A DNA stretch of 61,061 bases from the IMG/VR virus record IMGVR_UViG_3300008012_000030, positions 1 to 61,061 of that record; one strand, given 5' to 3'. Position numbers and translations under genes: made by a program. Of this stretch, positions 9,589-18,315 are shown piece after piece (the stretch's first letter is position 1; the number at the start of each line of letters is the position of its first letter). Below the pieces are notes generated by a model. It ran no database searches and was not told where the DNA came from. It saw only the letters and a program-made list of their open reading frames with translations. Origin of the DNA: a virus. Its lineage: Duplodnaviria; Caudoviricetes.

Positions 9589-10144
9589 GATCAAATAGGC
9601 TTCTGTCATTTGCTATAGTAGTGTCAATTTGAACATTTGCCCAAGCCCATTCAGATTTATGAACATCTTGGGGTTCCACGCCTAGATCTTGATACATTCT
9701 AAACCAAACAGGATCTGGGCCTCTACGTACACGCCAAACTTTACCGCCTATTTCTGAAATCATAGATGCTTCATTTTCAAATCTCACATCAGGAATAACA
9801 AAATTAGTATTTGGATTTTCTATAAGTTGTTTTTTGAGTAGACTTACCCATACACCATCGAAAAACCCGTTTCTCATGCAATCTGTTCCAAATTCCTGCA
9901 GAACTAATCTTGGTGTTATTTCGCGGCCTGTTTCTTTTGACCAAAATTCGTCTACTTGTTCGCGCCAGGCACGGCTTTCATCTGTGTCACCTTCTAGCAT
10001 CTGTCTATTCCATCCAAATACTTGTGCTACACCATCTTTTAGTTTGTCTGCAAAAGAAACTTTTGAATAACCGTAATCGTTTACCAGAATATCAGCAACA
10101 GTACCTTTGCCGCTACCTATTAATCCACAAATACCTATAATCAT
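9518..10144 (-). CDS. gp1: Deoxynucleoside monophosphate kinase (T4 gp1-like)
   Basis: P-loop GLIGSGKGT, SFADKLK, TPRLVLQEFGTD, IPDVRFENE, H.SE. Confidence 0.92.
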   Translation of the reverse strand: MIIGICGLIGSGKGTVADILVNDYGYSKVSFADKLKDGVAQVFGWNRQMLEGDTDESRAWREQVDEFWSKETGREITPRLVLQEFGTDCMRNGFFDGVWVSLLKKQLIENPNTNFVIPDVRFENEASMISEIGGKVWRVRRGPDPVWFRMYQDLGVEPQDVHKSEWAWANVQIDTTIANDRSLFDLKNLVKDLLASSELLPYKEYADS

Positions 10145-10167
10145 AAGAAATCCTTCAAATAATATAT

Positions 10168-10196
10168 AGTATATACAGATTAATTGCTGTTGTCAA
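10168..10196 (-). promoter_or_regulatory. Sigma70-type promoter TTGACA-N17-TATACT upstream of the dNMP kinase
   Basis: Minus strand TTGACA(10196-10191)-ACAGCAATTAATCTGTA-TATACT(10173-10168), then AAGGA RBS and ATG at 10144. Confidence 0.8.
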
Positions 10197-10371
10197 GTAC
10201 TTTTTGGTAGGCTTCTTCAAATCCATCTTCATGCAGATATGCTTCGTTATTGTTCCACATGCGTTTGAAATATCCTGGTGCTGATTCTAGTATTGTTTGC
10301 TCGCTTGCGCCAAAGTGACCTTTAACCATCCAAAAAAGCCTATGGGCTTCTTTGTGGCTAAACTCTGCCAT
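10180..10371 (-). CDS. Small hypothetical protein
   Basis: 63-aa ORF coupled to the gp13 stop by a TAATG overlap. Confidence 0.65.
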   Translation of the reverse strand: MAEFSHKEAHRLFWMVKGHFGASEQTILESAPGYFKRMWNNNEAYLHEDGFEEAYQKVLDNSN

Positions 10372-11129
10372 TATCCTATAGTAAATCCATAGCCGGTGCC
10401 GCCTGTAACAGCAGTGCTTACTTCTTGTTCTAGTTTTTCCATTTCACTTTGTGCTTCTGCTTTGAGAGCATCACCATTCAATTGACCGCCTCCTTGTGGA
10501 CCAGCAATAGTAGCAAATTTACTACGTGCTTCTCCAAGCATGTATTTGCAGGTAGCAACTGTGTAATCTTTGATCCATTGCTTTGCAAGATAATCATTAA
10601 GTAACTCTGAATCTGGTCTATAATTATAGCAATATAATAGTAAATCTTCTTCTGTTCTAGAACGCTGAAGAATAGTAAGTTTTTTTGTAGAAGTATTCCA
10701 TTTAAATTCAATAAATGATCCAAACATTCTACCTACTAACTCCTGATATTGAGAGAAAAAGTCATAGGTTGCTAGTCCGCCCATATTGGAACTTGCTAAC
10801 AAGTATGTGTTGGTATAGGCTAAGTTAAAAGGTTCAAACAGTGTACCTCCATCTCCACCACCTGTACGTGATCCAATGCTTCTACGAAATATTTTACGTA
10901 CTTCTATAATTTCATTGGGTAGCGTGTATTCGTTTTGATCTATTACCGTAGGCATAAAGAAATAGCTTTCTTCTACACTATTATCACTTCTTTGACGAAA
11001 TCTTGTAAGTGCTTTATTAAGTGCAGTTTCATAATGCCCAGGATCCAGTTCAACATCAATCATTCCACCACCTAGCATGTGATAGACATAGTCAAATATT
11101 TCCTGTTTTTGAGTTTTTAAAGTCGCCAT
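10371..11129 (-). CDS. gp13: Neck protein (T4 gp13-like)
   Basis: LGGGMIDVEL..., WIKDY..A.CK..LG.AR.KF...GP.GG.QLNG. Start moved to ATG 11129 (MATLK), which has a GGAG RBS. Confidence 0.88.
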   Translation of the reverse strand: MATLKTQKQEIFDYVYHMLGGGMIDVELDPGHYETALNKALTRFRQRSDNSVEESYFFMPTVIDQNEYTLPNEIIEVRKIFRRSIGSRTGGGDGGTLFEPFNLAYTNTYLLASSNMGGLATYDFFSQYQELVGRMFGSFIEFKWNTSTKKLTILQRSRTEEDLLLYCYNYRPDSELLNDYLAKQWIKDYTVATCKYMLGEARSKFATIAGPQGGGQLNGDALKAEAQSEMEKLEQEVSTAVTGGTGYGFTIG

Positions 11130-11148
11130 ATGAAAAGTTCTCCACAAG

Positions 11149-11168
11149 TATTTATCGTTCGATAAATA
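11149..11168. promoter_or_regulatory. Palindromic back-to-back late-type promoters (TATTTATCG-TT-CGATAAATA)
   Basis: Perfect 9-bp inverted repeat giving GATAAATA on each strand, between the divergent gp13 and gp14 genes. Confidence 0.75.
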
Positions 11169-11173
11169 TGTAT

Positions 11174-12337
11174 ATGCCAAGATTATCTTTATACAAACCA
11201 GAGAAAGGCAAAGACTACGAATTCATAGACAAACGTATCTATGAAATGTTCACTGTGGGTGGCACAGACGTTTTTGTTCACAAATATCTAGGACCAAAAA
11301 ATCCTGATAGCGATACTGCAACAGCAGATCAGCCCCGTTATGATGCTGTAAAAGAAACAAACATACAGGATATGCTGTTTATGGAAAACAGAGATCGCAA
11401 GTATGATCCTGATATCTACAGTATGCGTGGAATTTACAATGTTCAAGATATTGACTTCAATATGAGTCAATTTGGACTGTTTTTATCTAATGACACACTG
11501 TTTATGACAATACATATTACATCTAGTGTAAAAACTCTTGGAAGAAAAATTATGCCAGGTGATGTAATAGAATTGCCACATCTCAAAGACGAATATGCAC
11601 TTAATGATTATACGGTTGCCTTAAAAAGATTCTATGTGGTCGAAGAAGTAAACAGAGCTGCAGAAGGCTTTTCACCTACTTGGTATCCACATCTATACAG
11701 AGTAAAACTAAAACAAATAGTTGATAGCCAAGAATTCAAAGATATTCTTGATTTACCTGCAGAAGAAGATAATCCAGGTAGTGGCACATTAAGAGATTTA
11801 CTTTCTACATATGAACGTGAGATGCAGGTGAATAATGCTGTAATTGCTCAAGCTGAAGCTGATGCTGCTAAATCAGGATACGATACAAGTCATTTTTACA
11901 CAGTAGCTACTAAAGAAGATGGAACTGTAGATATTGTTACAACAGATATTAACACACTAGATGCTAGTACAGCAAATGAACTTGCGGATAGAGTTATGCA
12001 GACACCTAATAGGGAAGGTTATCAAGGATATTTACTAGGTGACGGAATACCCTCAAATGGTGAAGCATTCGGACACGGTATTAGTTTCCCCACAGGAAGT
12101 GCAGAAGGAGACTTTTTCCTAAGGACAGATTTTATGCCAAATAGATTATTTAGATACGACGGAAGTCGTTGGGTAAAACAAGAAGATTCAGTACGTATGA
12201 CACTTACAAATACAAATACAAGAAGCCATCAAAAAGGTACATTTGTCAATAACACTAGTACAGATACAATTGGCGGAGAAACTGTACAAGAAAGACAAAG
12301 TTTGTCGCAAGCACTTAGACCAAAGGCAGATAACTAA
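11174..12337 (+). CDS. gp14: Neck protein (T4 gp14-like)
   Basis: LFMENRDRKY, SQFGLFL..D.LF, PGDVIELPH motifs; located between gp13 and gp15. Likely start is MPRLSLY at 11174. Confidence 0.78.
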   Translation: MPRLSLYKPEKGKDYEFIDKRIYEMFTVGGTDVFVHKYLGPKNPDSDTATADQPRYDAVKETNIQDMLFMENRDRKYDPDIYSMRGIYNVQDIDFNMSQFGLFLSNDTLFMTIHITSSVKTLGRKIMPGDVIELPHLKDEYALNDYTVALKRFYVVEEVNRAAEGFSPTWYPHLYRVKLKQIVDSQEFKDILDLPAEEDNPGSGTLRDLLSTYEREMQVNNAVIAQAEADAAKSGYDTSHFYTVATKEDGTVDIVTTDINTLDASTANELADRVMQTPNREGYQGYLLGDGIPSNGEAFGHGISFPTGSAEGDFFLRTDFMPNRLFRYDGSRWVKQEDSVRMTLTNTNTRSHQKGTFVNNTSTDTIGGETVQERQSLSQALRPKADN

Positions 12338-13800
12338 TGCAACATTTTTACGATGGTCAGATCAGAAGATACATAACACAAGTTATTAGATTGATGAGTA
12401 ATTTTTCCTACAAAGATGGTGACGGAAAACTTACAGAGGTTCCTGTTATGTATGGAGATATTACTCGTCAAGTAGGACATATTCTAAGAGATAATTCAGA
12501 AAATAAAATACCTAGTGCGCCAAGAATGGCTGTTTATGTTACAAGTTTAGAAATGGATACAGCAAGATTAGCTGATTCAAGTTATGTTAATAAACTAAAC
12601 ATTAGAGAACGTGCATACGACAGCGAAGGTAAAGAATATCTCAAAACAGAAGGTAAAAATTATACTGTTGAAAGACTAATGCCAACACCTTATACACTAG
12701 GACTAAATGTAGATATTTGGAGCAGTAACACAGATCAAAAGTTGCAAATAATTGAACAAATTCTTATGTTATTTAATCCAAGTCTAGAAATACAAACCAC
12801 AGATAACTATGTTGACTGGACTAGTTTGAGTGTTGTAAATTTAGCAAGCATAAGTTTTAGTTCAAGGAGTATTCCGATAGGTACAGAAAGTGAAATTGAT
12901 GTTGCCCAATTAGGCTTTACAACTCCGATTTATATTTCACCTCCAACAAAAGTAAAACGCTTAGGTGTTGTAACAAATATTATTACTAGTATCTATGACG
13001 AATCTAAAGGTACAATAGAACTATCTCAAAGTACTCCAGAGCTACAAGCATATGGCGATACTTCTGTACCAAGTGCAGATATTAGAACTAATGTAAGCAT
13101 AACACCAACAGGTGAGATAGCAAGACAAAATAATAATAGAGGAATATTTAAAGAAAATAGTACTAATGTAATTACTAACACATTTAAAAATTATGGATTG
13201 TTAGTAATGAATAATACTGCCAAATTAATTAACAAAGGTGTAGTTGGCAATACGTTATGGGACGCATATATCAAAGCATTTCCTGAAGTTTTTGAAGCTG
13301 GTATTACTGAACTACGTTTACAAAGAAAAGATCGCAGCAGTGAAATATCAGGTACAATAGCTATTAACAGCAATGATGGTACAGAACTTATTGTTAATTG
13401 GGACGAAGATACATTACCTGGCGATACAGTGATTACAGGTCCAACAGGTGATGCTAATAAAATTAGTTATATAATAGATCCTACTAAAACAAGTCCTGTG
13501 TCTATTCGGACAACAGGCACTCGTATACTTTTATTAGGAACAGGTATTGGTGATTTATCTAATACTGATGGTGCAGATGATTGGAAAAATGCTGACGGAA
13601 GTGATTTCATAGCCGGAGAAAATGATATTGTCGAATGGGATGGTTCGCGCTGGCATGTTGTATTTGATGCAAGCACTTATGTAGGCACAGCATACACAAC
13701 AAATCTTAACACAGGTGTACAATACAAATGGGATAGCGGAGAGTGGATACTTTCATTCGAAGGCGAATATCCAAATGGCACTTGGCGTTTAAAATTCTAA
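12337..13800 (+). CDS. gp15: Tail sheath stabiliser/terminator (T4 gp15-like) with C-terminal extension
   Basis: HFYDGQIRRY...VPVMYG...PRM...MPTPYTL...QIIEQIL..FNP; TAATG coupling to gp14. Confidence 0.85.
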   Translation: MQHFYDGQIRRYITQVIRLMSNFSYKDGDGKLTEVPVMYGDITRQVGHILRDNSENKIPSAPRMAVYVTSLEMDTARLADSSYVNKLNIRERAYDSEGKEYLKTEGKNYTVERLMPTPYTLGLNVDIWSSNTDQKLQIIEQILMLFNPSLEIQTTDNYVDWTSLSVVNLASISFSSRSIPIGTESEIDVAQLGFTTPIYISPPTKVKRLGVVTNIITSIYDESKGTIELSQSTPELQAYGDTSVPSADIRTNVSITPTGEIARQNNNRGIFKENSTNVITNTFKNYGLLVMNNTAKLINKGVVGNTLWDAYIKAFPEVFEAGITELRLQRKDRSSEISGTIAINSNDGTELIVNWDEDTLPGDTVITGPTGDANKISYIIDPTKTSPVSIRTTGTRILLLGTGIGDLSNTDGADDWKNADGSDFIAGENDIVEWDGSRWHVVFDASTYVGTAYTTNLNTGVQYKWDSGEWILSFEGEYPNGTWRLKF

Positions 13801-13813
13801 TATAATTAATAGT

Positions 13814-14245
13814 ATGAACAATATTATTTGCAGCGGAGCTCTATTTTATACTCTTGATACTAGCAGATTCCTCTTCTTACACAGAACACAAGGTAAGCAA
13901 AACAATCTTTGGGGATTAGTAGGTGGTACAAATGAAGGAACAGAAACTCCTTGGGAAAGTTTAAAAAGGGAAATAGCAGAAGAAATAGGCGATACATCTA
14001 TCAAAAAAACTATTCCTTTAGAAACTTTTATTTCAAATGATTCAAAATTCCATTTCCATACTTATTTGTGTGTTGTAGAAAAAGAATTTATACCAATACT
14101 TAACAAAGAACACGACGGATACGCTTGGGTAACATTTGGAAAATGGCCTAAACCTTTGCATCATGGTTTAAGAAACACACTAACTAACAAAGTTAATCAA
14201 ACAAAACTAGAAACTGTATTTAAATTAATAGACTTATTGGATTAA
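13814..14245 (+). CDS. Nudix hydrolase
   Basis: Nudix box GGTNEGTETPWESLKREIAEEIG (G-x5-E-x7-REUxEExG) and LNKEHDGYAW. Confidence 0.88.
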   Translation: MNNIICSGALFYTLDTSRFLFLHRTQGKQNNLWGLVGGTNEGTETPWESLKREIAEEIGDTSIKKTIPLETFISNDSKFHFHTYLCVVEKEFIPILNKEHDGYAWVTFGKWPKPLHHGLRNTLTNKVNQTKLETVFKLIDLLD

Positions 14246-14247
14246 TT

Positions 14248-14610
14248 ATGGAAAATAAATCAGATCAAGTTGTTAAAACTAAATGGGGGTATGAATTAAC
14301 ATGGGCCGAGCAAGAATCTCATGGAGGGAAAATTATTGTTTTTGAGAAACCTTCAAAAACTGATTTTATATTTCACAAAGAAAAAGAAAAATCTTATTTT
14401 GTAAATTCAGGAAGTTTTTTGTTTAAGTGGATTGATACTTCAAACGGAAATATTTTCCAACAGCAAGGTTCTGAAGGTTACGTTTTTACTGTAAATAAAA
14501 TGGTACCTAGTTCAATCGAATGTCTTACACAAAATGGTAGTCTTACCGAAACAAATAATGGTGTAAAAGATGATACATATATTGTTATAAAAACGGAAAA
14601 TGTAGTATGA
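14248..14610 (+). CDS. Cupin-like protein with degenerate metal ligands
   Basis: KWGYELTWA...GKII...FHKEKEKSYFVNSG resembles phage mannose-6-phosphate-isomerase-like cupins. Confidence 0.55.
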   Translation: MENKSDQVVKTKWGYELTWAEQESHGGKIIVFEKPSKTDFIFHKEKEKSYFVNSGSFLFKWIDTSNGNIFQQQGSEGYVFTVNKMVPSSIECLTQNGSLTETNNGVKDDTYIVIKTENVV

Positions 14611-14858
14611 AGATATCTGATAATAGATTATTTAAAAAAGATAAAATTAAGTTTGAAAACGCTATAGAAAAAATTCAAGATAAAAAGAAACAAGTTTACT
14701 ATAAAAAAATTTATAATGAATTTTTAGCACTTACAAAAATGATAGATGAAAATCATAGTAGTTTTGCTAACGGCAAAATACAACCTAGAATGATTAGGGA
14801 TGATGTAAAAGAATTACAAAATCTAAGATATCAATTGCATCAACTTACTAAGTCTTAA
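14607..14858 (+). CDS. Small basic hypothetical protein
   Basis: 83-aa ORF with ATGA overlap to the upstream gene. Confidence 0.6.
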   Translation: MKISDNRLFKKDKIKFENAIEKIQDKKKQVYYKKIYNEFLALTKMIDENHSSFANGKIQPRMIRDDVKELQNLRYQLHQLTKS

Positions 14859-15742
14859 ATATTTGCTAGTCTTTTAATTGTAATTGAACCGAACATACTT
14901 GCATGTGATTGGCACTGGTAAGTGTAATTTGTATTATTGGTAATACTTTCAGGTATACGCCAGTATAGCATGCCGCTATCTTTTCCTTGAGCACTGCTGT
15001 TTGTGCTAACTGTGCCGTCATTTGCTACATGAACTAGATTGGTTGTAAGAGCAGTAAGAGTATTATCCTGTAATTCAAAAGGGTGTCCACTTATTTCGTC
15101 TAAATCAAATGCAACTGTTGTACCAGATAGCACATAGATTGTTGGATTGTTTCCAGAGTAATGGCTATTAAAGGTGTATGCTGTAGTGCCTACATTGTCC
15201 ACTCTAAAGGTTGCTGATGCATGTTCATATATGTCGTGAATTTGTATTTGCGAAGTCTGTACATCTGTCAGACTGTTAAATGTACTTGATCCTCCACTTG
15301 CTGTACTGGTAATTGTTACACTATCATTATCTGCATTTGTTGTAAGAGTTATATTACTTCCTGCAACAAGTGTTAGTGTATCAGTAGTAGTATCAGCTGC
15401 AATCGTTGTCTGTCCTGAAACTGCAATATTGGAAAAAGCGTTTTGATTAGCCTCGCCACCACCTCCTCCACCGCCTGTTGCGGTTAATGTAATTTGATTT
15501 AATCCTGCATCAGTTGTTATTGTAGTATTTGCACCTGCAACTAAATTTAAACTATCAGATGCTGTTCCAGCGGTAATATTATCTTGTCCTGCTACTGTGA
15601 TTACACCAAATGAATTAGGCACAACAACTGCACCCGAGCCACCTATAATAGACCATACAGTGCCGTTCCATTGCCAGGTAGTTGTTCCGCTTGTAAATGT
15701 ATCACCGTTATTAGGATCTGCTGGAAAATTTATTGCTGCCAT
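14855..15742 (-). CDS. Virion structural/fibre protein with C-terminal cupredoxin-like domain
   Basis: N-terminal NFPADP..GD...WQWNG.VW fibre module, two internal repeats, C-terminal GHPF...YQCQSHASM; GAGG RBS and ATAAATA at 15759-15765. Confidence 0.7.
   Translation of the reverse strand: MAAINFPADPNNGDTFTSGTTTWQWNGTVWSIIGGSGAVVVPNSFGVITVAGQDNITAGTASDSLNLVAGANTTITTDAGLNQITLTATGGGGGGGEANQNAFSNIAVSGQTTIAADTTTDTLTLVAGSNITLTTNADNDSVTITSTASGGSSTFNSLTDVQTSQIQIHDIYEHASATFRVDNVGTTAYTFNSHYSGNNPTIYVLSGTTVAFDLDEISGHPFELQDNTLTALTTNLVHVANDGTVSTNSSAQGKDSGMLYWRIPESITNNTNYTYQCQSHASMFGSITIKRLANI
15330..15616 (-). repeat. Two ~37-aa protein-level repeats separated by a poly-Gly linker
   Basis: NSFGVITVAGQDNITAGTASDSLNLVAGANTTITTDA vs NAFSNIAVSGQTTIAADTTTDTLTLVAGSNITLTTNA. 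Confidence 0.8.
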
Positions 15743-15764
15743 TTTTTACCTCTTGCTGTATTTA

Positions 15765-18314
15765 TTAATCTGGTACATATCCTGATGGGCCTGCAACTGT
15801 TGGATCACCTACGTCTCCGTCTTGGAATATGTTTCTAATTGTTGCCAATGATGGTTTACTGATTACCGGAGCAATGTATGTGTTATGGAAAGCATAACCT
15901 AATGGGTTATTTGTTTGAATACCTGCTTGGGTACGCATATCGTCTGTCCATTCAGGCGCAAGACTTCCACCTTCCCATAGACTTGTATACTCAAACATAC
16001 AGAAGTTAAGTAGATACAAGTATTCTTTTGCGGCTACTTCAAATGCATCAGGATCGGTTTTGAAAGCATCTGCTGGACTGTTATACCCTGATGGATCCCA
16101 CTTGCCTGCGTCATATGCTTCTACCATTGCATTATATAAATCGCCAGTATTCCAATCAGCTGCTAAGAACTGATATAATTTTATGTCATCTGCAGGTAAT
16201 CCGTGCATATGTATTGTGTGGAATACATGTTCAATAACTTCTTGTGCATCTTGATCGCCATCGCCTGGTGCTCCACCTGTTGAGTTTAGATACCACACCA
16301 TATCGTTTTGTACAGTAGTATCAAACAAGTCTGTTAGATTCCAAAATATAATGCCAGCATCTGTTAAAAAGTTTGTGCTATAGTCTGAGCCAGCACCTCT
16401 TGCTACTCTTTGTATTGTTGGTAAGCCTGCGTGATAAGTTCCTGTGTCGCCACTTAGTGTTTTGATTAAGTTTCTTTGGTATTCTTCGTTAATACCTGCG
16501 CCATTTGGATCTGTAAACAATTCAAACATACGTGCTACTTTTTCTAACCACGCATCTGGAACTGCTGTTTGTCCGCCTACTGTGCCAGCACCCATTATCC
16601 TTACACCATTTACAGTAACTTCCCGTTTAAAGAAGTCACTACCATCGCCAACAACATTAATAATTGCACCATTGTTGTATTCTGGATCTGCTTCTACTAC
16701 TGGTACTGCTGGAACTTCTGCAGGAGTATAATTAGGGAAAATTCCCTGTAATTTAAGATTTGCTCCGTTCACTTCTACAGGCTGTCTTGCATATCTTGAA
16801 AATAAAATTTTATTAGATGCTCCCATTAGATTCGTACTAATCTGATTATAGTCTGTACCACCATCATACATCAACGGCTTTGCATCTGCCTCCATTTTTG
16901 TTTTAAGTTGTGCAGGTGTTGCTCCTGGTTGTGCTTCAAGATGTAATCCTGCTACTCCACAAACTTGAGGTGCAGCAAAACTTGTACCACTATTAATACC
17001 TATTCTAAAGTTTTCATTTAATGGATATTCTGCATCTGTTTTGTTATTGATTGTGCTAGTTGCCGCAACTATATTTGTACCTGGTGCCCAAATATTTACT
17101 CTAGGACCTCTACTACTAGAACTTGCTGTTCTATCTTTGTCTACGCCGTTATCGTTGTATGTATTCGTATTGATATTGCCTACAATAAACGCCTCATCTG
17201 AATGAGGACTAGAACCTCTATGATAAAAATACGTACTTGAACCGTATACTACTGTGTTATTATAATCAAGTCCGGTGCTAATATCACCTTTGAAATAATC
17301 ATTACCTGCAGCAATAAAAACGTGTATACCGCTATCTATTGCATCTTCAACATCTGCATCTATAGAAGAAACTCTTAGAGGAATAAACCTTGTGGATCCT
17401 GACAAAGGTACTACTAAACCAGTACCTAGCCATAGAGTACCATCATTTGAATAATCCACACCATAAACCCAACTAGTACCTCTATAATTACCACTTGTAG
17501 GATCACCAATTAGTTGACTGAAATACCCCCAACTTGCATTAATTATTGTTGGTCTTTTGTATCCGGTCGCAGGATCAATAGGTTTTGCTTCATGCCATAA
17601 TCTAATTGCATCAAAACAATTTGTAGGGCTAATTCCAGTGCCGGCATCTCCTGTGCCTTCTAATCCTGCTATTTTCATTGAATATATGTTTGCTTCTTTC
17701 GCAAAGCCATATGTTTTACCAGCAACTATACTTGCACACAATGTACCATGACCATCAAAATCTCTGTGGTAGTTTGGACTTTGAGAACCAGGCAAGCCCG
17801 AAGCTTCATACCAGTCGATGTATTGATATCTGTTAGTTCCGTCTGCTGACTGAAAGTCAGGATGTGTAGGTTCTAATCCGCTGTCCTGGACAACTAAATC
17901 TACACCTCTTCCTTGTAGGGCATATTCATATCTATTATTTGTTACTTTAGAATCTCCGTACAAATTTGTAGGCATAACAGTTCTTTTCATGCCCCAATTT
18001 ACATATTGATTACTATCTAGTGTTATAGGTTTTGTGAAGTTTGACAATTGAGTAGATTTCAAACCAATTTGAATATCAGTTCTTTGATCTGGCGGTATTT
18101 CTACATCAAGTATTCTCGGATCATTCTTCAATAACTGTGCTTCTTCGTCAGTCAGCATAAAATGTGTTTGGCGTCGGCTTCCAGGACGGGCATTAGCAAT
18201 ATCTACACTCCTTTTAGGAATAGGACCTTCACCCGTTGACGCTGTTAATTCAGCTTCAATTTCAGTTAAATCTATACCCTGTTTTACAATTACAGTATAT
18301 TCTTTTTCTATCAT
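15765..18314 (-). CDS. Subtilisin-family (S8) serine protease with prodomain and a ~300-aa C-terminal domain
   Basis: Catalytic motifs VVQDSG, HGTLCAS, oxyanion AAGND and SGTSFAAP; N-terminal prodomain-like segment (LLKNDPRILDVE). Confidence 0.9.
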   Translation of the reverse strand: MIEKEYTVIVKQGIDLTEIEAELTASTGEGPIPKRSVDIANARPGSRRQTHFMLTDEEAQLLKNDPRILDVEIPPDQRTDIQIGLKSTQLSNFTKPITLDSNQYVNWGMKRTVMPTNLYGDSKVTNNRYEYALQGRGVDLVVQDSGLEPTHPDFQSADGTNRYQYIDWYEASGLPGSQSPNYHRDFDGHGTLCASIVAGKTYGFAKEANIYSMKIAGLEGTGDAGTGISPTNCFDAIRLWHEAKPIDPATGYKRPTIINASWGYFSQLIGDPTSGNYRGTSWVYGVDYSNDGTLWLGTGLVVPLSGSTRFIPLRVSSIDADVEDAIDSGIHVFIAAGNDYFKGDISTGLDYNNTVVYGSSTYFYHRGSSPHSDEAFIVGNINTNTYNDNGVDKDRTASSSSRGPRVNIWAPGTNIVAATSTINNKTDAEYPLNENFRIGINSGTSFAAPQVCGVAGLHLEAQPGATPAQLKTKMEADAKPLMYDGGTDYNQISTNLMGASNKILFSRYARQPVEVNGANLKLQGIFPNYTPAEVPAVPVVEADPEYNNGAIINVVGDGSDFFKREVTVNGVRIMGAGTVGGQTAVPDAWLEKVARMFELFTDPNGAGINEEYQRNLIKTLSGDTGTYHAGLPTIQRVARGAGSDYSTNFLTDAGIIFWNLTDLFDTTVQNDMVWYLNSTGGAPGDGDQDAQEVIEHVFHTIHMHGLPADDIKLYQFLAADWNTGDLYNAMVEAYDAGKWDPSGYNSPADAFKTDPDAFEVAAKEYLYLLNFCMFEYTSLWEGGSLAPEWTDDMRTQAGIQTNNPLGYAFHNTYIAPVISKPSLATIRNIFQDGDVGDPTVAGPSGYVPD

Positions 18315-18315
18315 T

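Noticed and set aside
11021-11180. Apparent head-to-head overlap of the gp13 and gp14 ORFs
   Set aside because: Artefact of longest-ORF start calls. Starts at 11129 and 11174 fit the RBS and promoter positions and leave a 44-nt gap.
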